Under the pieces are notes generated by a model that saw only the letters and a program-made list of their open reading frames with translations, did not search any database and was not told where the DNA came from. Shown here in pieces: positions 31,241 through 40,922 of a stretch of DNA of 64,000 nt. The stretch lies in the NCBI GenBank assembly GCA_963664225.1, contig OY760937.1, positions 3,424,001-3,488,000 on the forward strand, read 5' to 3'. The DNA comes from Verrucomicrobiia bacterium (lineage in GTDB: Bacteria > Verrucomicrobiota > Verrucomicrobiia > Limisphaerales > UBA1319). The position numbers and the translations under genes are program-made. Within the stretch, counting starts at the first letter, position 1, and every line of letters begins with the position of its first letter.

Positions 31241-32161
31241 ATGCAAAATCTCGTTGAGGATTTCCTCCAATACCTGCGCAATGAACGCGGCCAGTCCGGT
31301 CTGACCCAGAAAACCTACGCCGCGCTGCTGGGGGAATTCGTTCAATGGGCGGGCGAAAGCGGCATCCAGAATTGGAAGCAGGTGACGCTGGCGCACCTGA
31401 TGGATTACATCCAGCACGAACGCAGGCGCGCCCTCAAACCTCCGTTTGACAAGCCCGGGCGCATTCTTGGCTCGGAAACCGTCTATCTGGAAATCGCCGC
31501 CCTGCGCGCCTTTTATAAATATTGCGAGACCGAGGATCTGCTGCCCGAGAACATCGCCGAAAACCTGACCCTGCCGCGCCGCTGGAAGCGCCTGCCCAAA
31601 GCCCTGACCGCCGATGAAATCCAGCGTCTCCTTGCGGCCATCACCCCCGAAACGCCCAGTGTCAGTTGCGATCAGGCGGCCCTTGAACTGGCCTATGCCT
31701 CGGGCTTGCGCCTCGCCGAATTGCGCGGCATCCGGCTCGAACAGCTCCATTTGGAGGCGGGATTCGTAACGGTTATCGGCAAAGGAAACAAAGAACGCGT
31801 GGTTCCAGTCGGCCGCAAGGCCATCGAAGCCCTCCGGCATTATCTGGACACGGCGCGCCCGGCTTTGGTCCATCCCAAATCTCCCGCCAATGTCTTCCTG
31901 ACCCGGCGCGGCACCGCTTTCGCCGCCCCGACCTTATGGTTGCGGGTCAAAAAACGGGCGCGTTTGGCCGGAATAGTGCGGAACATCACCCCCCACATGC
32001 TCCGGCATAGCTTTGCCACGCATTTATTGGAGCATGGGGCGGATTTGCGCGTGATCCAGGAATTACTCGGGCACGCCAACATCAGCACCACCGAGATCTA
32101 CACGCATGTGGAAGGGGCGCGTCTGCGGGAGGTGCATCGTAAATTCCATCCCCGTGGATAA
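31241..32161 (+). CDS. xerD: Site-specific tyrosine recombinase XerD/XerC
   Basis: YASGLRLAEL, GKGNKERVVP, TPHMLRHSFATHLL..GADLR..QELLGH...TEIYTHV. Confidence 0.85.
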   Translation: MQNLVEDFLQYLRNERGQSGLTQKTYAALLGEFVQWAGESGIQNWKQVTLAHLMDYIQHERRRALKPPFDKPGRILGSETVYLEIAALRAFYKYCETEDLLPENIAENLTLPRRWKRLPKALTADEIQRLLAAITPETPSVSCDQAALELAYASGLRLAELRGIRLEQLHLEAGFVTVIGKGNKERVVPVGRKAIEALRHYLDTARPALVHPKSPANVFLTRRGTAFAAPTLWLRVKKRARLAGIVRNITPHMLRHSFATHLLEHGADLRVIQELLGHANISTTEIYTHVEGARLREVHRKFHPRG

Positions 32162-32184
32162 ACTTCCCCCGCGACAGCGACGCG

Positions 32185-32931
32185 TTACGCGGAGACTTTG
32201 GCCGGGGCCGGGGCGGATTTTAAGGAGTGCGCTGCGCGTCGTTCCATCGCGGTGGCGATGAGTTCAGCCGCGCCATCGAATCCCATTTGATCCGTGTTAA
32301 TGATCAAGTGATAGAGCAGGGGATTGTCGATGTCCTCGGCAAAATATTTTTTCAGGTAACGGCGGCGCTCACGATCCTCTGAATCCACAAACTCATACGC
32401 CTGGCTCTCGTTCATGTGGTAGAACTCGCTGGCCTGGCGCACGCGTTTCTGCAGCGGAGCGACGAGGCGGACATGAAAACAATTCTTCAATGTGCTGGTC
32501 ACCACCGATCCGCCCCGCCCGATCAGGATCACGCCGCCCATGCGGGCCAGTCGCAACAACGTGTCCGTGGTGTAATGCACCAGGGTCCATTGGGATGGTT
32601 GCACTCCGAGGATCTCCCGCACGCCCGCATTAATCCCCAGCGTCGTTTCCTGACGCATGAACTTGGCGATCCGGGCCGGAAGATTATGGTCCGCCAGAAC
32701 CCGCTCGACCAGGTCGCGGTCGAACACGGTCCAGGGACAGTGATGTGGCTTCTCCCAGGCATCCAGCAGTGCGGCCACTTTATCGGCGATCGTGCGCCCA
32801 CCGGAACCGGTCTGGCGTGAAATGGTTAAAGTCGGACGCGACAACGCGCCGCCGGACGATGCTTCCCGGGAGGTGTTCAACTGGCTGTCGATGAAGCTTT
32901 TGCATCTTTCAAAACTGACGGTGTCGCTCAT
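32185..32931 (-). CDS. Cytidylate kinase-like family protein
   Basis: TISRQTGSGG..IA, ILIGRGG, HVRLVAP...R, DRERRRY, YHLIINT. Confidence 0.85.
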   Translation of the reverse strand: MSDTVSFERCKSFIDSQLNTSREASSGGALSRPTLTISRQTGSGGRTIADKVAALLDAWEKPHHCPWTVFDRDLVERVLADHNLPARIAKFMRQETTLGINAGVREILGVQPSQWTLVHYTTDTLLRLARMGGVILIGRGGSVVTSTLKNCFHVRLVAPLQKRVRQASEFYHMNESQAYEFVDSEDRERRRYLKKYFAEDIDNPLLYHLIINTDQMGFDGAAELIATAMERRAAHSLKSAPAPAKVSA

Positions 32932-33058
32932 ATTATTCCTCCGCGTTACGTCCCCGCCGACGCAAAGCAACATGCAAGCGCCAAAGCCTGGAAGGACTAT
33001 CTAACCATAATCCAACGCAGCCATTTTATCAAGTTCAACTCAGATTGGAAAAAGGCGC

Positions 33059-33093
33059 AAAAAAAGCCCCGCTCTTATCAAGAGCGAGGCTTT
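33059..33093 (-). terminator. Intrinsic terminator
   Basis: AAAGCC-C-CGCTCTT-ATC-AAGAGCG-A-GGCTTT with T7 tail on the minus strand. Confidence 0.8.
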
Positions 33094-33113
33094 GAAACCG
33101 CTCAATGGGACCG

Positions 33114-33995
33114 TTATTGGACCGAACGCGTTGCGTGGTCTTGAAGCCAAAGTACGTCCTTGTTGTTCGGACAAACAATGTTGTTTTGCACCGCCTGACC
33201 TTTTACCAGGGGCGGACGCGTGCGCGCATCCAGCCATTTATGGATCTCAGAGTGGCCGTCCGCGAACGAAAAACCACCGGCGCCGTTGTGATAGGCAGCG
33301 GGAGTATCCACCAGGATATTCTGTGCGGGTTGCGAGGGAAAACCGTTCATCTGCACAACATAGAAGGCGTCGTTGATGCTATCTTCGCGTTCATCCAGCA
33401 GGACGAACGTTTTGCTCGGGCCCGGCGCGGTCATGTCGCCCATTTTTCTATAAACCCGCCAGGTATTATTCGGCCAGCCTTCCTGGCTGTTGTTGCTGAA
33501 TGCCAGATCCCCATTACCCCCCACGTAGTTGTTCATGGACATGCTGCGCACACGCGTCTTGGTCACTCCTCGCGCGTTCACTGTGGAATTGTCGGATGGG
33601 CACTTATAGACGGCCACATTCTTGACGTATTTCCAAAGCAGGCTCTGCTTGATGTCCTTTTCTGGATCCCAATTCGAGAGGTTGTTGCCATTGTAATCCA
33701 GAACTCCGTTGACCCAGGCAAACTTTCTTTTGACGGCGTCCGTTTCGCAATAGGCGTACGGCAGTTGATCGAGGCTCTCCTCTGAGTAGATGCGCCAGGC
33801 CAGCATTAATTGGCGATGGTTATTGAGACATTGAATGCCCTGGGCCTTGGACTTGGCCTTGGACAGGGCAGGGAGCAGCATTCCCGCAAGAATGGCGATG
33901 ATGGCGATGACCACCAAAAGTTCGATCAGGGTGAATCCAGGGGGGCGCTTGGAGCGGTCCCGGAATCTTTTTGAAAGGCACGCGGACAAATTCAT
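33114..33995 (-). CDS. Prepilin-type N-terminal cleavage/methylation protein with H-X9-DG C-terminal motif
   Basis: [47 protein letters not shown]. Confidence 0.93.
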   Translation of the reverse strand: MNLSACLSKRFRDRSKRPPGFTLIELLVVIAIIAILAGMLLPALSKAKSKAQGIQCLNNHRQLMLAWRIYSEESLDQLPYAYCETDAVKRKFAWVNGVLDYNGNNLSNWDPEKDIKQSLLWKYVKNVAVYKCPSDNSTVNARGVTKTRVRSMSMNNYVGGNGDLAFSNNSQEGWPNNTWRVYRKMGDMTAPGPSKTFVLLDEREDSINDAFYVVQMNGFPSQPAQNILVDTPAAYHNGAGGFSFADGHSEIHKWLDARTRPPLVKGQAVQNNIVCPNNKDVLWLQDHATRSVQ

Positions 33996-34195
33996 AAAGT
34001 TCTCCAGAGTAATTGCACTACACGACTCCGGCTTGCGCCGGAAATTCCACAACGGGCCGTTGGTTTAATTAATTTCATCGGCCTCCAGTCCAACTCAACA
34101 ATTAAGGCAGGCTGAGGTTGCGGCCTGAAACGGTCAATTGATTCAGGAGGGTCGCACCGTAAATAAAATGTGTCCTCAGAGCCATGCGGTCATGG

Positions 34196-34260
34196 ATCCC
34201 CGCCAGGTCTTCCGCCCCGGCATTTATTTGGATGCCGGGACGGAAGGGGACTGGAGGGAT
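34196..34260 (-). other. Long GC-rich intergenic stem-loop (terminator or mRNA stabiliser)
   Basis: CTTCCGCCCCGGCAT / ATGCCGGGACGGAAG core with outer ATCCC..CCAG / CTGG..GGGAT arms; no clear U-tail. Confidence 0.55.
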
Positions 34261-34272
34261 TTGCCGATTTAC

Positions 34273-35919
34273 TTAAGGTTTGTAAACCCGATAGAAGGTC
34301 TTCGCCGCGCTGGACGGGAACACCATGTAATAACCGCGGGTGTCCACCAGCGGCTGGTTGGTGACGCTGGTCCAATTCTTCACATCACCCAGATCGGTGC
34401 TCTTCTGGAGGGTGTAGCCACCAGGAGTCGTCGGCCAGGTCACGCGCACCGAGCTTTCAATCGTCAACTCCGGCGAGCCGGGTTGCACGCCCGGAATGGG
34501 CCAGGAATCCAGTTCAGCGGCCGTCAGCGCGCCCTTGGAGATCTTGAATCGATCGACCGAACCGACGTAAGGGTTGCCGCCCCCTTCCGAGCCAAACCAG
34601 GCCGTGGTGTCCGTGCGGCCAAACAGCACGCCGTCAACATAAGGCACGGTGTCGGCCAGGCCACCATCCACGTAGAACCGGATTTCCTTGCCGTTCTCAT
34701 GAACCACGGCGGCATGGTGCCATTGACCGTCGTCAGGAATGATGGCGGTGGCGGATTTAACGTCGGCCTTGCCGAGCGTGGTGACAAACAAATGGCGGTC
34801 AGTGGCCATCGAGAAGGCCAGGGCGCCGCCCGCGCAGTTATTCAGGAAAATTACGGACTTTTCAGGATTGGGCAGGGCGCCGAATTTCAGCCACGCCTGC
34901 ATGGTGAACGAGGGATCCGCTTCATCGAGCTTGATCAACACAGTGGGATCCGGAATGGTCACCCGGTCGCCGTTTTTGAAGTTCAACGCGTAATCGTTCG
35001 TCTTGCCGGACGGCGTATCGGTGGTGAATGTGGGCGCTCCGGCAAAGGCCAGCTTGTAAGGGTAGGAAATACCGGCGACGAGTGAGGCGTTGCCCGTGCT
35101 GGCGTAAGGTGGCGCCGATTCCGTGAAGTTAAAGTCCACCAATGTGCTGGTCAAGGCCGCCTTGGGCGTGGCCGCCACGCTGTCCAACTGTTCGGCCGTA
35201 AGAACGGCATTGTGAATGCGGAAACGATCGATGTTGCCCTGGAGGGCGTTTCCGCCCACGGATTCAGCGCCGATGGCCAGATAATTGTTGCCGAATGCAC
35301 GGGGCAGACGGGTTTCCGGTATTTGTGCCACGAGGCCGCCGTCCAGGAAGAAACTCGGGCCCACACCCGGTTCCCAAGCCACGGCCACATGGTGCCAGGC
35401 TCCATCTGGAGGGAGGCCCACGTTGCTGTTGATATCTACAATGCCGAACAAAGTGAATTGGATCTCCACTCCAAATGCCCCTGAGCTGTTCAAACCGAGT
35501 TTCCAGGAGCTTCCATACCCGCCGATGCCTTCAAGCACGCGTAAATCGGTCGGATCCATCTTGACCCAGGTCTCGATGGTGAACGCGTTGGTCTGGGTTT
35601 GGGCCAGGACCTTGTTGGCGCTGTCGTCCACGACCAGGTAGGCATCCGTTGCGGGGTTGCCAATGTTCATGCTGACCGATTTGTCCGTCGCGGAACCCGC
35701 GGGATTGTCGGTGGAGGAGACGGCATCGCCCGGGGGAACAAAATTGCCGACCATGCCGACAAGTTTGCTCACCGAGTCCGTCACATTCGTGCCCTTGCCT
35801 TCATCGAAGCTGAAGTCCACCAAGGGAGTTCCGGCGGCCATGGCGTTCGCCGCCAGGCAGACTCCCGCCAATAAGACGCCGGCCCTTCCGGCTGTTCTTT
35901 TCAATTTTCGTGTATTCAT
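34273..35919 (-). CDS. Secreted tandem LamG-like jellyroll protein
   Basis: Signal peptide; two FT(I/M)..W.K...DG.WHH.AV...(F/Y).DG...G.(I/V)DRF repeats. Confidence 0.85.
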   Translation of the reverse strand: MNTRKLKRTAGRAGVLLAGVCLAANAMAAGTPLVDFSFDEGKGTNVTDSVSKLVGMVGNFVPPGDAVSSTDNPAGSATDKSVSMNIGNPATDAYLVVDDSANKVLAQTQTNAFTIETWVKMDPTDLRVLEGIGGYGSSWKLGLNSSGAFGVEIQFTLFGIVDINSNVGLPPDGAWHHVAVAWEPGVGPSFFLDGGLVAQIPETRLPRAFGNNYLAIGAESVGGNALQGNIDRFRIHNAVLTAEQLDSVAATPKAALTSTLVDFNFTESAPPYASTGNASLVAGISYPYKLAFAGAPTFTTDTPSGKTNDYALNFKNGDRVTIPDPTVLIKLDEADPSFTMQAWLKFGALPNPEKSVIFLNNCAGGALAFSMATDRHLFVTTLGKADVKSATAIIPDDGQWHHAAVVHENGKEIRFYVDGGLADTVPYVDGVLFGRTDTTAWFGSEGGGNPYVGSVDRFKISKGALTAAELDSWPIPGVQPGSPELTIESSVRVTWPTTPGGYTLQKSTDLGDVKNWTSVTNQPLVDTRGYYMVFPSSAAKTFYRVYKP

Positions 35920-36221
35920 GGTTTGTGTTGCTTTTGTGTATTACTTTATTTGGTTTTCGCTGGAGGTTACCGGAACAAATTGGTTCGAAGGAGGCGTGGA
36001 TATTCGGGCGGCGCCGCTGGAATTGGCGGAATTAAAAGTCCGCCACGCGGCTGAAGACTGTATTCTTCCCCGTCGTTAAAACAAGAATGGCTGCCCATGG
36101 TTACCCCGAATAAGAGAATCGTTATCCACATGACCCAGCTTGATTCCATAAGCTGGACGCAAAGATCCCAAACAATTCCATTACGCAAATCGATTTATAA
36201 CAGGACACCCCAAAACAAGCC

Positions 36222-37130
36222 ATGTTCTGCAATCTGATACTTATGTCTTTTTGTCTGGTGTTTGGAGGTCTTTTCGAGCAGAATTTCGCCCTTGTGAACT
36301 CCGTGATCGATGGCATTTTGCGACAATCCTTGCGCACTGAATATGTTCAGGCGGAAGTTTCGTCTCTGCCCTTGAATCATACGACCGGCTGGAGGACGAT
36401 GCCCTTCTTTATGTTTTCACGGGCCGGAACCGGCTCCGAGATCATGTTTCTGGAGGATGACAGGCAATGGAGGGCTTCTGCGGGTGAATTAATTGTCCTG
36501 CCCGCTGGTATTCGCCACAAGGTCGATGTGACCTCACCCCGCGAACAGCGCCAGTGGGCCCATGTTAATTATTTCATCCTCGGCAATGTCGATTTATTCA
36601 GTTTTCTGCAGGCGCCAATCCTTGTGGGAAAGGAAATTGGAGAAAAAGCGGGCGAGGTGATCTGCGAATGGGTCAGCCAGCAAATTCAACTGCAGAGGGA
36701 TCCGCTGCTCGTGGCCGTCAAGCAGCATGAATTTGCCATGCGCCTCCTGGCGTTGCTGATTCCGGTTTGCCGCTGGAGATCCGATGCGCAGGAAAAGTTG
36801 GACGGCCTGCAGCGGTTGAATCCGGTGATCCAGCATATGCAGCATCACCTGGACAAATCCATGACACGGGACGAACTGGCCCGCATGAGTGGCCTGTCTC
36901 CCGCCCAGTTCCATGTGGTTTTCAACGCGATCATGCAGGCAACTCCCATGGATTATCTGCGCGCGCTCCGCCTGCGCCACGCGCAGCGGCTTTTGATCAT
37001 GACCTCGGAACCGGTCAAAGATATTGGAGTCCACAGTGGCTACGAAGATCCGTTTGTGTTCTGCAAATCCTTCAAACGTGCCTGCGGTCTCAGCCCCTCG
37101 GAATATCGGAAAAGAACGCGGGTTCATTGA
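36222..37130 (+). CDS. AraC family transcriptional regulator
   Basis: Cupin GELIVLPAGIRH; LARMSGLS..F...TPMDYL..LRL; GYEDPFVFCKSFKR..GLSPSEYR. Confidence 0.92.
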   Translation: MFCNLILMSFCLVFGGLFEQNFALVNSVIDGILRQSLRTEYVQAEVSSLPLNHTTGWRTMPFFMFSRAGTGSEIMFLEDDRQWRASAGELIVLPAGIRHKVDVTSPREQRQWAHVNYFILGNVDLFSFLQAPILVGKEIGEKAGEVICEWVSQQIQLQRDPLLVAVKQHEFAMRLLALLIPVCRWRSDAQEKLDGLQRLNPVIQHMQHHLDKSMTRDELARMSGLSPAQFHVVFNAIMQATPMDYLRALRLRHAQRLLIMTSEPVKDIGVHSGYEDPFVFCKSFKRACGLSPSEYRKRTRVH

Positions 37131-37144
37131 ACCCGAAATTATTC

Positions 37145-38443
37145 ATGAAAACAGTCCACTTTCTCGCCCTGATATTTGCCGTGTTCACTCTCGGCGTGGC
37201 GGCGCAGGCGGGCACGGCGGATGCGCGCGGGGCGTTGCCCGCCCAATTCATCCTCATCAATAACGCGCCGGGCCAGCCATGGAACGCGCAGAATCCCGAA
37301 TCCTTTCAGCGCGCCCAGTTCGAGGAAATCCAGCGCACCTTCCTTGTTCCCACGGATAGTCGTGTTCGCGTCGGCGTCAGCTTCATCTTCGACTACCTGG
37401 CGACCACCAACGACGCCGTGCTGGTCCAGTCCCTCCGGCGTTTCCTGGCGCTGGCGCGGGAGACCGACACCCCCGTGTGCGTGACGCTCAGCGGGGAATA
37501 CTGGTGGCAGGGCCGGCCTGATTTGTGGAACTGGTGGGATTCGGACAAACCAGGATACAATCCCGACAACCGTGAGAACGTGGAATGGTCCTCGTGGAGT
37601 TCCGGAGACGCCCTCAAGATCGCCTGGCTCAACTGGGGCCGCCAGATTCGCATTCCGCCCCCGCCGAATCTCCTGAGCCCGCGCTACCGCCAGGCCTGCC
37701 GGGAGAAGTTGCGCCTGCTGGTGCCGATCCTCGTGGACTGGTCGAAGGCGTTGCCCGACGGGAAGAAGGACCTGTTCGTCGGTCTGAAAGTCAGTTGGGA
37801 ATCCGCCATTGGCGTGAACGGCTTTTATTACACCAATGGCAATTCCCTGCTCGATCAACCGGAAGCCAATGATCCAAAGACCGGCATCAACCCGCAAATC
37901 ATTCCCTCGCGCGGCGTGGCGCAAATCGGCTATGCGGCGGTGAAAACCGGCGGCATTCGTAGCAGCGGGGAAATCACCGAGGCGGACCTCGCCGAGGTCG
38001 TGCGCCGCCACGTCGAGGATAACGCCCGGGAAGCGGCGCGGCTGGGGTTGCCGCGTGATCGCATCTTCACGCACTGCGGCGGATGGAAAACGGGCGAATT
38101 GCTTTTTGACGTTGCTGTGAACAGGTTCTCCTCACCTGGCTGGAGCTTTTACGAGCGCGTGATCGATCCCGCGAAAAACATCGGCGTTCAACGCGCCCTC
38201 AAGCTCAGCGATGCCCCGTGCTGGGCCGCGTCCGAGTGGCTGCACCAGGGTGACAATACCGTGGATGCCTGGCGCGAATCCATCCAGGGCACCCTGGCCG
38301 ATCCCCGTTGCCGGTTTCTTTGCATTTATAACTGGGGCAACGTCCGCGACAGCGTGAACGCCCAACAAGCCATCCGTGAATTTGTGAGTGCCAGCGGAAA
38401 ATTATCCCCGGTCGTGGGGCTTCCGGAACCTGCGGTCAAGTGA
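37145..38443 (+). CDS. Secreted hypothetical protein, possibly a glycoside-hydrolase-like TIM barrel
   Basis: Signal peptide at ATG 37145; Trp-rich; SWE, PGWSFY, WAASEW, IYNW. Confidence 0.65.
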   Translation: MKTVHFLALIFAVFTLGVAAQAGTADARGALPAQFILINNAPGQPWNAQNPESFQRAQFEEIQRTFLVPTDSRVRVGVSFIFDYLATTNDAVLVQSLRRFLALARETDTPVCVTLSGEYWWQGRPDLWNWWDSDKPGYNPDNRENVEWSSWSSGDALKIAWLNWGRQIRIPPPPNLLSPRYRQACREKLRLLVPILVDWSKALPDGKKDLFVGLKVSWESAIGVNGFYYTNGNSLLDQPEANDPKTGINPQIIPSRGVAQIGYAAVKTGGIRSSGEITEADLAEVVRRHVEDNAREAARLGLPRDRIFTHCGGWKTGELLFDVAVNRFSSPGWSFYERVIDPAKNIGVQRALKLSDAPCWAASEWLHQGDNTVDAWRESIQGTLADPRCRFLCIYNWGNVRDSVNAQQAIREFVSASGKLSPVVGLPEPAVK

Positions 38444-38451
38444 CCTTCGAA

Positions 38452-39882
38452 TTAAGGATTTTGATTTGGGGATGGCGTATAGGTGTTCTGCTTTTCCCAG
38501 GCATCGAAATTCCCATCGTTGGATGTGGCCACTTGCACCCTGCCATCATCAAAAAGATAAATGCGCTTCCATGAGCCGTCTGGAGCTTGTCGGGAGAGCC
38601 GTTCGCGAAGAGCCACCATTTTTGGATTTGTATGATCAGGGTCTCGAGCCCCTTTGCCAACGATATCAAAGGAAGCCAGATCAATTCCACCAATTGTGAA
38701 CGATCCGCCCAGTTCTTTTGATAATTGGGCATAATTTGTTGGATATTGATTGCCGTTGTCCATGAAGAACAGTTGCAAGGCAAGGCCAACCTGCTTTGCC
38801 GCAACCGCTGTTGCGGATTGATGCTTTTTGAATTGTTCCTCGGCGGACATCGCCGCCGCCAGTTGCTGCTCGGCGGCCTGCTTCCCCTGTGCCGCTTCGC
38901 TGGCCTGGCGTCGCAGCACGCCCACTTCACCGCGCAATTTCAAAAGCTCGCTTTGATTCGTATTTGATTTGGTTTCCTCATTTGCGTCGCGCAGGGCCGC
39001 CGCGCGTTTCATGGCGTCGTCGCGCTCGCCCTGCAATTGCTGGATTTGCCCGGCCAGCGACGCCTGTTGTTGCTGGAGGGTTTGGTTTTGTCCGCGCAGT
39101 TGGGCGGCCTGGCGGGCTTCGTAGATTCCCGCCCCGGCCAGCATGGCGGCGGTCACGGTGACGATGGTTTTTTGCAGGGTGGTCATGGCAATGGTTTTGG
39201 CGGTTGCGGCAATTACGGTGGATGTGGAAACCGCCGTGCCCGAGAGTGCGACAGCGGAAATGGTGAGGGCCAGCCCAACGGGTGCCGCGTGCACGGCATT
39301 GGCGCTGATGGCGACGGCGAGTCCGCCCGCGCCGATGGTCACGCCGCGGTGGGCGAAGAAATCGCGCAGCCGTTCCACCGCGCGGCTCACGCGCTTTTGA
39401 GCGGCGGCGTTGCTGATGCCCAGAAGTGCGGCTATTTCCGGCGCGGATTTCTTTTCGAAATAGCGGAGCAGGAGCGCGTCACGCTCGGCGTCGTCCAGTT
39501 CGCCGAGGCAGGCGTCCAGGTGCGGCGCGATGTCTTCCCATGGGGCTTCGTTTTCGGCGGAGAGAAGATGATTCATGGCGGCAGCCTCTTGTTCGCAGAG
39601 TTGACGGCGCACAGCGGCGCGGACGGATTTGGCGGCGAGGTGCCGCGAGGTGGTGTGCAGCCAGCCGGAGAGCACGGGATGCCCGGCAAGGCGCGCGGCA
39701 TTTTGCGCCAGCGCCACGAACACGGCCTGGGTCACGTCCTCTGCGGCATGCGATTCGTTGACCATGCGAAGCGCGGCGGAATGGACGAGGTCAACGTGCC
39801 GCCGGACAAGTTCGGCGAAAGCGGCCTCGGAATGGTGTTCCGCGTAGTCGCGCAAAAGCTGCTGATCGGTCAAGGCGTTCAC
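38452..39882 (-). CDS. ECF sigma-70 factor with long C-terminal extension
   Basis: AFAELVRRH..LV...AEDVTQAVF...GWL; region 4 LLRYFE...IA..LGIS..AAQKRVSRA; then hydrophobic segment, coiled coil and globular tail. Confidence 0.92.
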   Translation of the reverse strand: MNALTDQQLLRDYAEHHSEAAFAELVRRHVDLVHSAALRMVNESHAAEDVTQAVFVALAQNAARLAGHPVLSGWLHTTSRHLAAKSVRAAVRRQLCEQEAAAMNHLLSAENEAPWEDIAPHLDACLGELDDAERDALLLRYFEKKSAPEIAALLGISNAAAQKRVSRAVERLRDFFAHRGVTIGAGGLAVAISANAVHAAPVGLALTISAVALSGTAVSTSTVIAATAKTIAMTTLQKTIVTVTAAMLAGAGIYEARQAAQLRGQNQTLQQQQASLAGQIQQLQGERDDAMKRAAALRDANEETKSNTNQSELLKLRGEVGVLRRQASEAAQGKQAAEQQLAAAMSAEEQFKKHQSATAVAAKQVGLALQLFFMDNGNQYPTNYAQLSKELGGSFTIGGIDLASFDIVGKGARDPDHTNPKMVALRERLSRQAPDGSWKRIYLFDDGRVQVATSNDGNFDAWEKQNTYTPSPNQNP

Positions 39883-40472
39883 TCACGAGATAATACCCGC
39901 ACCCGTCAAACTCGGACAAAGAAAAGAAAACAAAGTTCAATTGCATCCCGCCGCGCAAAAGAGTAAGATGCGTTGACATCGGCACACTTGGATCTGGACG
40001 TTATGAAAATCCTGAAAATTGTGATCTGCGTGGCATTGGCCATTGGATTCTTCCTTGGCCTTTTCGGAATCTGATTCGCAAGTCACCCAAGCCCTACAGG
40101 AGTGGAAATTCCACGCCAAGGAAGGTTAATATCCTTCTGCAAGGCCGCCAACCCACCCGCACGCAGTTTCAGCCGAAGCGTTCTTCCATTTTTCGTCCTC
40201 CCGCCTCTCGCTGCACGATCCGAGTTCGAGCAAGAAATGAGGCTCTTCCGCCAATAACCGTGTAGGCGCATTTGCGGCAGCGTGTTAAGATAGGCTTACA
40301 CACGAGTTAAAGCATCTAATGAACAATCATTTACGAAAAACAATTTGAGCCCCCCTTCGTGACTCCCGCCTCACGGCGGTGTCCGCTCGCGACTTCACGA
40401 ATCGGGACATCCATCGCCCATCCGGGAAACGGTCCGAGATTGGACCGATAATCCCATTCGCGGGATATTCAT

Positions 40473-40922
40473 ATGCCGCCACAAATTCTAAGGCTTTTGA
40501 TTCTGACACTGGCGATAGCGGGTTCCTACTTCTCCGCCAGGGCGGTTCTCAAGCCCGCATCCTTCGGCCAATATGGATGGTATCGGGGGGATGCCCTCGT
40601 GGAACTCGCGGACCGACCCATCAACTACGCAGGCAAGGCGACCTGCGAGGATTGCCACGATGAAGTGGTGAAGGTGAAGTCCAAGTCCAACCACAAATCC
40701 CTGTCCTGTGAATCGTGCCACGGGCCGAACGCCGGGCACGCCAGGGATTATTCGATCGAAACCAAAAAAATCAAAGACCCGAAGTTTTGCCTCATTTGCC
40801 ACGAGGCCAATCCGTCCAAACCGGCCAAATTTCCACAAATCGATCCGGCGGAGCATTTCAGCGACTCGAAGTGTGTGGAGTGTCACCTGCCGCATGCCCC
40901 TTCCGAATCTCCACCCAAATGA
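40473..40922 (+). CDS. Tetraheme cytochrome c
   Basis: Four CxxCH motifs (CEDCH, CESCH, CLICH, CVECH) after an N-terminal anchor. Confidence 0.9.
   Translation: MPPQILRLLILTLAIAGSYFSARAVLKPASFGQYGWYRGDALVELADRPINYAGKATCEDCHDEVVKVKSKSNHKSLSCESCHGPNAGHARDYSIETKKIKDPKFCLICHEANPSKPAKFPQIDPAEHFSDSKCVECHLPHAPSESPPK

Noticed and set aside
31241..32161. Integron integrase serving the attC-like site
   Set aside because: Canonical XerD-like sequence, no evident IntI-specific insertion, housekeeping context, 23 kb away
40072..40074. Selenocysteine recoding of the in-frame TGA
   Set aside because: No redox motif context and no convincing SECIS-like hairpin seen downstream
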